Assembly: GCF_001194135.2 (NCBI RefSeq)
Contig: NC_068985.1
Span: 31,055,091-31,092,891 of the forward strand
Direction of reading: 5' to 3'
DNA: 37,801 bases
From: Octopus bimaculoides
Taxonomy: Eukaryota
The notes under the pieces are model-generated. The model did not search any database. It saw nothing but the letters and a program-made list of their open reading frames with translations, and was not told the DNA's origin. Within the stretch, counting starts at the first letter, position 1; each line of letters opens with the position of its first letter. Below are positions 12,137-22,905 of the stretch, one piece after another. Both the position numbers and the translations under genes were made by a program.

Positions 12137-12582
12137 CATGCATACATACATATGTATCTCGTTTTTGAGATCTTTTCACCATACTTTAGGCATGGAATAT
12201 TGATACACTGGAAATGAACTTGTAAATGAAAATAATAATTAACTTTACGTTCCATAGATGAGATATATGACTCAATGAAAACATCATTGAAAAAGGTTGT
12301 ATGTTATTTTCATACATTTTTTATTGTCTATTTTGTTCTGAAAATTTATGGTGATGTATGTACCTAATTGCCTATTAGATAAATAAAGATGATAATTTTT
12401 TTACTCTGCATTTATTGCAAAGAATTTTTCTTCCTTGTTTTAAGTATAATTTTGACCAACCTAGACTCAAAATCAGAACTCAATAAATAGTTTAATGTCA
12501 TAAGAACTGATAAACTTTCAAGAGACTATGGAATGATTCTTATTTGGAACAGTGGATCTTCAAGCACATAAAGCTATAAATA

Positions 12583-12797
12583 ATGGTTTCAAATTTTGGC
12601 ACAAGGCCATCAATTTTGGGGGAGCGGTAAGTCAATTACATTGACCCCAGTACTCAACTGGTACTTATTTTATCAACTCCAAAGGATGATAAGCAATGGT
12701 CGACCATGGGGGAATTTGAACTCAGAATGTAAAGATAAACGAAATGCTGCTTAGCATTTTGTCTGGCATGCTAACGAATCTGCCAGATCACCGCCTT
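12583..12797 (-). mobile_element. tRNA-derived SINE (family A)
   Basis: Minus-strand head aaggcggtgatctggcagattcgttagc and B-box ctgagttcaaattcc. Confidence 0.85.
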
Positions 12798-13141
12798 AAA
12801 TAAAGCTAAAAATAATACCTAGTAAATATTGGGTTGAAAATTCCTTTTGGATAAAAACAGCTCAAAAGCAGCCTTGGGCTTTATCTATTCAAAAGGGTTT
12901 TTCAACCCAATATTTACTAGCTGTTTTTATAGCTTTGTGCACCTGAAGATCCACTGTTTCAAAAAAAGAATTACTTCAATAAATAGTATTACAGATAAAA
13001 ATATGACTATTTATTTCTCAATGGGAGAGATGACATAACACAGTGTGTGATGACTTTCCTTTTTCAAGGACAATAACAGAAAACCAAATAGATAGATTCA
13101 AGGAAAAGGAAATAGCATTGCTTCTTTATATAACTGATATA

Positions 13142-13628
13142 TGGGGCTAAAAGCAACAGTAACATCCACCCTTAGGGGTCAGCCACATTTAAGTGGCAAA
13201 TATACTTCACCTTGTCGTGCAGTTACTGTTAATACCTCGTTCAGAGATTTAACATTGCTTGTTTTCACTTTTTCGAGATCAGTGAATAATCTCACTGGAA
13301 AAAGGATATATGTATTTGCATCGGGACATTTTTCGCATCGAAGGTTGGCGATTGTCGTACGCTGAGGACGAGTAAATACCCAGAAACTCAAGTCCGTATG
13401 TATCACAGATCAAGATGGGAGGGATGACTTCCCTTTGCAAATACAGACAGGACACAGATGTGTGTCAATAGCCAGCTGGAGGAGATGTTTTCCTGGGGCT
13501 AAAAGCAACAGTAACATCCACCCTTAGGGGTCAGCCACATTTAAGTGGCAAATATATTTCACCTTGTCATGCAGTTACTGTTAATACCTCGTTCAGAGAT
13601 TTAACATCACCTCGTTCAGAGATTTAAC

Positions 13629-13630
<2 letters not shown>
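13142..13630 (+). mobile_element. Hammerhead-containing partial tandem repeat (retrozyme-like or Penelope pseudo-LTR), unit 352 bp
   Basis: 114-bp direct repeats at 13142-13255 and 13494-13607 (2 substitutions seen), a 23-bp terminal duplication at 13608-13630, then (AT)n. Hammerhead motif in the unique middle. Confidence 0.7.
13356..13400 (+). ncRNA. Minimal type I hammerhead ribozyme motif, partly degenerate
   Basis: CGTACG-CTGAGGA-CGAGTAAATACCCA-GAAAC-TCAA-GTC-CGTATG. Stem I 13356-13361 pairs with 13395-13400 (6 bp, one G-U); core CUGAnGA and GAAA intact; 2-bp stem III; predicted cleavage after C13394; stem II has 2 mismatches. Confidence 0.65.
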
Positions 13631-13662
<32 letters not shown>

Positions 13663-14339
13663 TCTCTAATTGAACCTCCAACAAAATAATCTTGGATTTC
13701 AAAATATAGAAAAGAAAAAAAATGTACAGATTGCAAAAAGTTTCAGTAAAACTCTATGGCACCTCCTTAAAGAAGTACATTAACTGTAAGCAGGCATGTC
13801 AAAACATAGTAACAGGTTTTCTTTCCGAAGTGTAACTAAACTAAGTCAATTCTTGTGTTAAATGCTGACAGTGGCATTTAAAGTATTTTGGTTGTTTTCA
13901 TTTATTTATTATCTTCTAGGGAGCCACTGATATCAGAAAATATTTAATGTGGTTTGGTCTTGGGTGTAATATTGTATGTTAGTTTTAAATTAAACTAATG
14001 GGGAAAATTCTTATCTGATACTATGCACATTAAAGTCACACTATCAGAAAAACAAAACTTTGGTAAGGAAATATTTCAGAGATAACTATGAAATATTTCC
14101 TTATTGTTGTTATTTTTATTTTTCATATTGTCGTCATTGTCATTCATTATTGTTGTTATTGTTGTTGTTATTGTTATTGTAATTTCTATCAAAAGTGAAA
14201 GGAACTAAATCAACAAATTCACTTTGATTCAATTCATTTTGTTTCACTTTCTTACCCTTAGCTATCTTTATATTAGTAAAGAAAGTACTAGTACTACTAT
14301 TAGTAAGAAAGTACTAAAGCAAAGACATAGTGGTAGCAG

Positions 14340-14550
14340 CTCCAGGTCAGTCTTGATCTAACTAACCTATTATGAAGGGCATTCAAGCTCTGACCATCTC
14401 ATTTTGTTGTTGTTGTTGTTGTCTTAAAGATAAAGAAGTACATTCTCAATGTATCCTGTCCTTTTTTCTTAAGAGACTAGAGTATGAATTGAATGTAATT
14501 TAGCTCCTATTTCTACCGGTCAACCAACTGCATAGATGCTCCCTGATAAT
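14340..14550 (-). mobile_element. SINE (family C)
   Basis: Reverse-complement similarity to 22595-22775 and 26685-26833 (gatcagg..ctggg tail; ctagaaata..agc..aa head). Confidence 0.55.
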
Positions 14551-14749
14551 AATCATAATGGAACTTATGCAAGAACGCATGGCAGTAAGTCAGGCTAATT
14601 TCAACTTTGAAACAACAATTTTATTCTGTGGTAATATATAGCTGAAGTTCCATGATATCATGTGAATCAAAACATTGAATATCTATTAAAAAGCCACTTT
14701 TTTTTATTTTCTCATAGAATATAAATATATATATATATATATATATACC

Positions 14750-14781
<32 letters not shown>

Positions 14782-14797
14782 TATATACATACATATA

Positions 14798-15712
14798 CAG
14801 GGGTTGGACAAAATAATGGAAATGCCTAGCATCATAGCATCATAATTTTGAAATATCTATAAAACCGTCAAAAGCTTGTTTATTGTTATGTTGTTTTTTT
14901 TTATTTATTATTAATGTTGCTTAATATGTTTTGCTAAAATTGGTGTTTCTTTTCAGATATCATCAGAAAAAGGTAATTAAAATTCATTAAAATGACAGAT
15001 CTATCAGACTTTCAAAGAGGTCGAATTGTTGGTGCTCATATGGCATGTGCTAGCGTAATGAAAACAGCCAAAATGTTTGGTGTATCAAGAAGTATTGTCT
15101 TGAAAGTAATGAGAGCCTTTGAGAAAAAGGGAAAAACTTCCTCGGTGAAACAAAACTCCGGAAGAAAACCAAATCTTTCAGATAGGGACCATTGGACTCT
15201 TACGCAAATTGTTNNNNNNNNNNNNNNNNNNNNNNNNNNNNNNNNNNNNNNNNNNNNNNNNNNNNNNNNNNNNNNNNNNNNNNNNNNNNNNNNNNNNNNN
15301 NNNNNNNNNNNNNNCCTGGAGCTGCACAAAACCAGATTTCACAGGAGGGCTGCAATCAGAAAACCACTACTTTCAAAAACAAATGTTGCAAAGCGTTCAG
15401 AGTGGAGTAAAAACCTACAGAATTGGTCCCTAGAGCAGTGGAAGAATGTTATTTTCTCGGACAAGTCATCCTTTACTTTATTTCCAACCACCAGCCAAGT
15501 ATACATGTGGAGACAGCCAAAAAAACCATTTGACCCAGACTGCCTTCTTCCAACTGTTAAACATGGAGGAGGATCTGTGATGATCTGGGGGTATTATATC
15601 TTGGAAATCTGCTGATCCAATGGTTACCCTTCATGGCAGAATTAATAGTCAAGACTATTTAAGCATTTTATCTGATCAATTTCATTCTATGGTTGCGGGA
15701 CTGTTTCCAGAA
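14798..15712 (+). mobile_element. Tc1-family transposon, 5' TIR plus 3'-truncated transposase
   Basis: TA|CAGGGGTTGGACAAAATAATGG terminus. ORF 14992-15615 has a paired-like N-terminus (MTDLSDFQRGRIVG..GRKP), then WKNVIFSDKSSF and TVKHGGGSVMIWG. Ends at LFPE, before the second catalytic Asp. Confidence 0.9.
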
Positions 15713-16071
15713 ATTCCAAGCCAGAAACTACAGCCTAGAAGATGAGCCTCATTCTAGATCTGTAGAGCTCGACAAGGATATCCGGCAAACCCTGGTGGAA
15801 CAAAATCCCATCATAACTGTTGATGAACTAGCAGAAAAACTTGGATTTGGTCATTTAACCATTCATCGACACCTGTGTACCATCAGAAAAGTCAGCAAAT
15901 TGGGTCACTAGGTTCCTCACAAACTTTCCAAGTCTAATCGTGCACAGAGAGTGAATTTGTGTTCTTTGCTGTCATGTCTCACAAATGAACCTTTTTTTTG
16001 GACCGAATAGTGACCGGTAATGAGAAATGGGTTCTCTATAAAAATGTCAAGAACCAAAGATAGTGGGTGGG
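15705..16071 (+). mobile_element. Mariner (DD34D) transposase relic, 5' half
   Basis: FQKFQARNYSLEDEPHS..TVDELAEKLG..H*VPHKL (WVPHEL-like)..RIVTGNEKWVLY (TGDEKW motif). Confidence 0.9.
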
Positions 16072-16235
16072 TTTTATATTCTTCTATACATTGGATATAC
16101 AGATTTCACAAAGCAGGGATAGGCACAACTGTCTTCACACGACGTACTTCAAAATACTCCACTAAACATGATACTCTATTAAATACAAACTCTCAACAAC
16201 TTCTTACGACTTTCACGAATTCTCAACAACTCATA
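16072..16235 (-). repeat. 3' LTR remnant of the Gypsy element
   Basis: First 95 bp align with 19855-19949 with 9 mismatches; further blocks match ~20085-20155. Confidence 0.85.
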
Positions 16236-16244
16236 TGCCATAAA

Positions 16245-18640
16245 CTCATTTAAACTCATATGCCATAAACTGCATACCATTATCAGATACTATGATGTCC
16301 AGGGCACCATATCTTGCAACGAGTTCATGAAGAAATTCTATTGTTACCATAGAGGTTGGCTTCTTCCAGCTACATACTTCTGGCCACTTAGTATATCTAC
16401 TACAATCAGGCAATATGCACCATTTACTTGTCTAGCAAAATCTATACAAAGTCTGGTCCATGGACTGTCAGTTTTAGGCCACGGTTGGAATTTTACTGGT
16501 GGTGACTTGGCTGCAAGGGCACAACCTCTGCAGGATTTCACTAACTCTTCAATGTCATGATCCATTGTAGGCCAATATACGTAACTTCTCATAAGTGATT
16601 TCATTCACGAAATCCCAGAGTGACCAATATGAAAATCCTTTAATAAACACTTTCTGTAGTGCAGCTGGCACTATGACTCTTTGTGCATACATCAACACAT
16701 TGTCACACAGTGAGAAATGGTTTGCATTTTTGTTGCACATATTTTTATTTTCTTTGGCTTTCAGTGTTCCCTTCATTTTTATAATGAATTTATCATTCTC
16801 TGACTTTGATTTTATGTCTGCTAATGTAACTGACTGTTCACGAATGACATTACACAGAACATTTTTAATTTCATTTTCACTCACAAAGTGGCAATCATAG
16901 TATCTTCAAATGAAATCAGTCTTGATAGACAATCTGCATGGCCTAATTTCTTGGATGGAATATACTCCATCTTGAAATCGTAGTTTAATAATATCATAGC
17001 CCAGCATTGTACCCTATTAGCAGTATAGGTAGGAATTCCATTTTTCAACCCAAATATTGATAATAACAGTCAGTGATCAGTCTGTAGATGAAAACTTCCA
17101 CCATGCAAAAATCTATGAAATTTTTTTACAGCAAAAATGATCACTAGAGCTTCTTTCTTGATTTGACTATAATTTTTTTCTGCTGATATCAGAGAACATG
17201 AGGCATGAACCACTGCCTTCATGTTACCGTTTTTATATTTGTGTAGCATTACTGCTCCTATACCATACTCAGAAATGTCTGAAGCTACAACAATCTCTGC
17301 TGAAGGATTGAAATGAGCTAACAACAAATCAGATATTAATATTTTTTAATTTCATCAAATGCTTTTTGACAATTTTCTGACCAATTTCGTTTCCTACCTT
17401 TTTTCAGTCAACTATTCAGTGGAGTACTAATTTTGTGCATATTTGGGATATAATTTTGGTAATAATTTGCCAGTCCTAAAAATGCTTGTAAGGTCACTAT
17501 ATTAGTTGGAGAGAGCATACTTTTAATTGTGTCTGCCCTCAACGGGTCTGGTCGACATCCATTTGTGTCAATGTTTTGTCCTAAATATTTTATTTGCAGT
17601 AAGAAAAATTCACACTTTTCTTCACTCAAGGTAAAGCCATAATCCTTAACTTTTTTCAAATACAAATTTTAAGTGCTCAATGTGTTGATCCCCTGGATTT
17701 GCTTTTAATGAGTATATCATCCAGATATGGAATTGCAAATTCACAGTCCACTAACATTGTGTTCATAATCTGTTGAAAAATTGCTGGTGCAACTTTTAAA
17801 CCAAATGATAACCTGTTGTACTTATACAGTCCTTTATGTGTGTTGACTGTTAAGTATTTCGAGCATTCATCATCTACTCTAATTTGTAGATATGCATCAG
17901 AGAGATCCAACTTAGAAAATATCTTTCCACCTTTTAACTTTTCAAAAATATCCCCTGTGGTAGGTAGCAGATAGTGGCACGTTTTAAGACATTCAATTAA
18001 ACCAGTGGAAAAATCAGCACACACACTGATTTTATTATTCTTTTTCTTAATATACATAGTTAGTGCTGCCCATTTAGAATATTCTACTTTTTGGATAACT
18101 CCAATTTTTTCTAGTCTCTCTAGTTCATCATTGACTTGCTTCATTGCTGCAAACGGTACCATTTGTTTTGGTTTAAACACTGGTATGGCATTTTGTTTTA
18201 TTTGAAAACACACCTTTGTCTTGATACACAGGTCTAATTTATCGGACAGAACTTCAGGAAAAATTTTTTTTTTTTTTTTTCCTGACGCCTTGTTTTTACT
18301 GGAGGAAAAACCATTTATATTTTTACAGAACAGATTTATGGGGAGGTCCCATAAATTAAACAATTCCATCCAGTCAGTACTGAACAAGTTTGTTGCATTA
18401 CTTAGCACAAAAACCTTTACTTTCGAGGTTTTACTCCAAAATGTAACCTCAGTTATCATTTCACCCAAAAAATGTAATTTTTTTTCCTGAGGCACCTTTC
18501 GCAATTTTGAAGTTTGCATTCATGTAAGCTTTCGTATTTTTCTCCATGTGTCAGTGTCAATAATTGTAATATCACTGCCTGTATTTAGCTGTAACTTCAC
18601 ATTCACATTATTAATTTTTATGTACACAAACTTTCTTTTG
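16245..18640 (-). pseudogene. pol: Gypsy pol relic (protease, RT, RNase H, truncated integrase)
   Basis: LQLNTGSDITII (protease, DTG>NTG); FSKLDLSDAYLQI, FGLKVAPAIFQ and YLDDILI (RT); ASDISEYGIGAVM (RNase H); YVYWPTMDHDIEELVKSCRGC and IIVSDNGMQF (integrase). Many stops and frameshifts. Confidence 0.9.
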
Positions 18641-18699
18641 TGAGCCTTGCCTAGACTTTTTGTTGAGAAAACCTTTCCAGAATTTTTTCTGTTCAATCT

Positions 18700-19749
18700 T
18701 CTTTTTTTTCTGCTCTACAATGTGAGCCTATATGTCCGGTATTTTGATAGTTAAAACATTTAAAATTTCTAAACAGACAATTATTTCTAAAATGTAGAAA
18801 TTCTAAAAGTTATTTCTAAAACGCACCCATAGCTTGGATTGAGTCTTGATCTTTGTTTTTCTTTTTCCTTATCTGTTACAGGTCGACATACATGTATGTG
18901 TGAGTAATCCTTTTCTTCAATTTTATTTGCGTCATGTAGATTAATAATTCTCCGACATTCCTCTGTCACTGCTGCAGATTCGAGTTTTGGTCTTGTTCTA
19001 ATTTTGTCAATATCCGGGTACACATCTCTGCATCTTTGCTTGCAGTTAACCCTTGAACAAAAATTAGACATTTGAATATGTCCAGGGTTTATTCTTTTAG
19101 TTTGAATTTTTTGCATTTTCAATTGATGACTCTGGCATAGGTGATGAAATCTTCATCTTTTTTTACTAAATTCAAACACTCCCAGCAAGTAATGAACAGG
19201 AAACTTCTTTCACTGAAAATTTTCAATAACAATTTAAAAGTTTCATCGAAACAAATTTTACGTGCTTTTCTTGTTTTTTGTTTTTTTGGGGGGCAGAATG
19301 TAGTTACAGTGTTTTTCATGTTCAGCCGGGGATAATTTTCTTAAAAGTAGTCGTACCTTTTCATTGTTCATCCAATTTTTGCATTCCTCTTTGAAGATTT
19401 CTTCATATCTTCAGAAATATGCAGAAAAAGTAATACCTTCTTTTGAGTTATAACTAAATTCTACCATCGTGTTTGCTACACCATCTAGTGAGAACGAGCC
19501 TGAGTGTTTTTGAACTTCAACACTAATTCCAGCAACTGCCGTTCAACTCTTGGGTACTGTTGTTCAACTCTTGAGTACAGTAGTTCAACTCTTGGATATT
19601 GTCGTTCGACTCTTGGGTGTTATTGTTCGACTCTTGGGTATTGTTGTTTGACTCATGAGTACTGTTGTTCAACTCTTGGGTACTGTTATTCGACTCTTTC
19701 TGCTGTTGCAGTTCTGTTGTTGCACCATGGAGGCTAATAAGTCTTCCAT
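18700..19749 (-). pseudogene. gag: Gypsy gag relic
   Basis: MEDLLASMVQQQ start; FSYNSKEGITFSAYF*RYEEIFKEEC..KVRLLLRKLSPAEHE..NYILP core; knuckle remnant KCFNYQNTGHIGSHC. Confidence 0.8.
19541..19698. repeat. 21-bp minisatellite, 8 units (last partial), inside gag
   Basis: Units start at 19541, 19562, 19583, 19604, 19625, 19646, 19667 and 19688; consensus gttcaactcttgggtactgtt. Confidence 0.95.
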
Positions 19750-19854
19750 GTTAACTTTTTTTATTTATTTTGTACCAAAAGAAAATGTTAACGTCCGATG
19801 TGAGCTTCGAATAAACTCATCACCACTTTTATAAGTGGACAGTCACGTTGCCAC

Positions 19855-20258
19855 TTTTATATCCTTCTATATGTTGGACATACAGATTTCACAAAGTGGG
19901 GATAGACACAACTGTCTTCACACAACGTACTTCAAAATACTCTACTAAATACAACTATGGATAACTAAATTACAACAGGTATATAGTCCATTTTCTGTAT
20001 TATAGTGCATTGTTGTACTATTCAAAACTTTTTATTCTTTACAAACAATACACAATGCTTCAAGCGAACTACAATGCTCTCCGATATTCCAATAAACACA
20101 AACTCTCAACAATCTCAATGACTTGTCACAATTTCTATGAACTCTCAACAACTCCTACAACTTCTCTCTTGTCTCAAACCAATACTCTACTTTTGATAAG
20201 AGTTTGGCTAGTCCATTCTTCCAATCCCACAGGGGTGTCAATGACTCTCACCATAACA
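19855..20258 (-). repeat. 5' LTR of the Gypsy element (404 bp)
   Basis: Minus strand TGTTATGG...GGATATAAAA, followed by gTGGCAACG. Confidence 0.85.
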
Positions 20259-20856
20259 GTAAGGAAAAGAGAAACACCAGCACCCCAGGCTTAAGAAGGT
20301 CTTCACCCACGTAAGGTGTTGTTATCTGTTTAATGGGATGTGAAATGTTTAGCCCACTTTGAACTTTTAAACCCAAGCCAAATGATAACAAAGGAGATCT
20401 ATTGTGAGCAGCTTGAGCAGCTTAAGTCAGCGCTAGAAGAAAAACAACCATCTTTGGTTTCAAAACAAAAGGTGTTCTTCTATCAGGATAATGTTCAACC
20501 ACATACAGCAAGGATGACATTCCAATGACTGGAGCAGTTTGAATGGGAAATGATGTCCCACCCACAATATTCGTCGAACATTGCCCCATCTGATTATCAT
20601 TTATTCAGCAGTCTTCAAAATCATTTGGATGGAAAAAATATGAATTCTTTAGATGAGGTCAGAACAGTACTGGAGGAGTATTTTTCATCACAGACAAGTG
20701 AATTTTGGAAGAGAGGCCTTGCAAGTCTACCAGATAGATTGATGAGTAATGTAGAAAATGAAGGAGAGTATATTTTAGATTAAAAAAGAACTTTATCCTA
20801 ATTTTGAAAAAATGAAAGAAGCATAAAAAAACTGCATTATTTATGGGATGACCCAA
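20259..20856 (+). mobile_element. Mariner (DD34D) transposase relic, 3' half plus 3' TIR
   Basis: VRKRETP..LHPRKVLLSV*WD..FYQDNVQPH..HPQYSSNIAPSDYHLF (YSPDLAPSD motif)..EGEYILD*; ends ttatgggatgacccaa (mariner-type TIR). Confidence 0.92.
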
Positions 20857-20940
<84 letters not shown>

Positions 20941-20942
<2 letters not shown>

Positions 20943-21330
20943 CATCATCATCATCATCATCATCATTATCATCATCATTTAACGTCTGATTTCCATGCTA
21001 GCATGAGTTGGACAATTTGACTGAGGACTGGTGAAACCAGATGGCTACACCAGGCTCCAATCTGATTTGGCAGAGTTTCTACAGCTGGATGCCCTTCCTA
21101 ACGCCAACCACTTCGAGAATGTAGTGGGTGCTTTTACGTGCCACCGGCACGAAAGCCAGTCAGGCGGTACTGGCAACGGCCACGCTCAAAATGGTGTATT
21201 TTAAGTGCCATCTGCACAAGAGCCAGGCCAAGGGCACTGGCAACGATCTTGCTCGAAAGTCCTTACACATGCCACGGGCACAAGTGTCAGAAAGGCGACG
21301 CTGGGCACAGGTGCCATCACTATATATATA
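20941..21330 (-). mobile_element. SINE (family B) with (GAT)n tail and internal ~70-bp subrepeats
   Basis: (CAT)n at 20941-20978, body shared with 10706 and 11425, three tgcca..gcac..ctgg subrepeats at 21139-21320. Confidence 0.8.
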
Positions 21331-21429
21331 TATGCATATGCATATGTGTGTATGTGTGTGTGTGTGAGAGACAGAGCATTGAGTGCTGCAAGTGTTGGTG
21401 TTTCCTAGTCTTGACATAGCATGATAGTC

Positions 21430-21680
21430 GTAAATGAGCATCAAATACACCAGTGCCCTTCATTTCCAACCTTCCATGCAAACGTGTCCAGCCATGGCGA
21501 AATGTTTCTTGGAAACAGGTGACGGTTTGTGACAGGAACGGCATCCAGCCATTGAAAATTCCCCTTAACAACAAATTCCATCTGATGCATGTGATCATGG
21601 GGGGGAAAAAATGAACATTAGAGTAATGGTGATGGTGGTGATGATGATGATGATGACGACGATGACGATGATGTTGTATT
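21430..21680 (+). mobile_element. SINE (family B-related) 3' part with (GAT)n tail
   Basis: gtgacaggaacggcatccagcc..catgtgatcatgg..gatgatgatg, opposite in orientation to the 20941 copy. Confidence 0.65.
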
Positions 21681-22471
21681 ATACATATTTTGTGGGAGTT
21701 TCTCTGTGTGGTTAAGTGGTAAAAATATTATTAATCCTACTTACTATTTAACTTTGAAAAATCTCCAAAATTAAGACCAATTCAAAAGATATCCTTTTAA
21801 CTGTAATGATCACATAGTGCTGAAGTCACATAAGTATATAAACCAATCCCAATTTCCTTTGAAATTTCCTTTGAAATTTAGGTTAACTTTCTTATCTTAA
21901 CAAAAACAACTGCTATGATAAACTCAATTTGAGATTGATACATAGGATGTAGAAACTAAAACATTTCTCTTAAGGTTACAAAAACACAAAGTTATATAAT
22001 TTCTGATATAAATCTGAAAATTACATCCTTCTAGAATTAGATTTTTGTTGGGTTTTTGTGGGGAGGTGGTGAAGAAAACTAATAATCAAGTATTTCCAAC
22101 TTTGTGATTCCCTAGAAATATAAACGATTGTGGAGTGCACGCTTGTATCATGGTGTGGGCTTCATAAGAGGAATAAGAGGAAATAAACTCAGGACAGTGC
22201 AAGTAAATGAAACATTCATGAATTATTTATCACTCCCACTACTAACAGTTATGAGTTCAAATATATCTTTAGAAAATTAACAGTTAAATGGCCAGATTCA
22301 ATAGAAGTTAAATATCACAACAAAGTACGGTCTCTGCGATGGGATTCCAACAATCCAATTTCAGACAAAAGTTCAATAATCTGTTAGAAACGGAAAAAAT
22401 GACCAGCTGCTATTATTGCTGCTAAAGAATAATTTTGAGAAATATAAATGCCCAGTACACACAACAAAATG

Positions 22472-22503
<32 letters not shown>

Positions 22504-22594
22504 ATGTATGTTCAAATAACTTAAAAACATTGAAAATGCGATCAACTTGGTTTCATCTTTGTCATGATGTAAAAAGTAATTGCTGTGTAAAATC

Positions 22595-22775
22595 ACTCAA
22601 CCTGCTAGAAATATCAGCCAAGTTTCTCTGAAGAATCATCCCACAGTCTAAAAAATGGATACATTTTCTTAATGTAGCTCTGGTTAAATAAAGTCAGAAA
22701 AAAAGGCAGAATGGTTACAATGGGAATATCTTTTGATCAGGGCTGAGCTGGGGCTAAGTAACAATAACAACAACA
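22595..22775 (+). mobile_element. SINE (family C)
   Basis: ctcaacctgctagaaatatcagccaa...gatcagggctgagctggggctaagtaacaataacaac; related copies at 26685-26833 and 32935-32985. Confidence 0.6.
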
Positions 22776-22873
22776 TACTCATTTTGTGTACATTGCATGC
22801 ATTTTGACTATAATTATTGTCTTTCTTTACTAAACTTATTGCTGCTTTCTGTCCCCTCTTTTACCCTTTTCAG

Positions 22874-22905
22874 ACAAGTTGTAGTGCACTTGAGCACTGT
22901 ATACA
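22874..22905 (+). CDS. Candidate micro-exon (32 nt) of an unidentified host gene
   Basis: Strong acceptor ctttctgtcccctcttttacccttttcag and donor gtaagc; open in phase 2->1 (QVVVHLSTVY). Splice-signal evidence only. Confidence 0.3.

Larger units (their letters stand above)
16072..20258 (-). mobile_element. Ty3/Gypsy LTR retrotransposon, degenerate, 3' end deleted
   Basis: Domain order gag-PR-RT-RNaseH-IN. 5' LTR 19855-20258 starts TGTTAT on the minus strand; a partial 3' LTR begins at 16072; PBS-like TGGCAACG next to the 5' LTR; putative 5-bp TSD GTGGG/GTAAG. Confidence 0.92.

Noticed and set aside
11979-12255. ORFs with poly-HT/VC, poly-YI or poly-L/V/T tracts here and at 1869-2311, 23973-24257 and 26991-27213
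   Set aside because: They are translations of microsatellites.
14553-14589. Exon-like segment ending in GCA|gtaagt
   Set aside because: The acceptor side lies in a SINE end, and no compatible neighbouring exon was found.
19541-19698. Regularly spaced repeats as a possible CRISPR array
   Set aside because: The units are contiguous with no unique spacers, the context is eukaryotic, and the array lies within gag.
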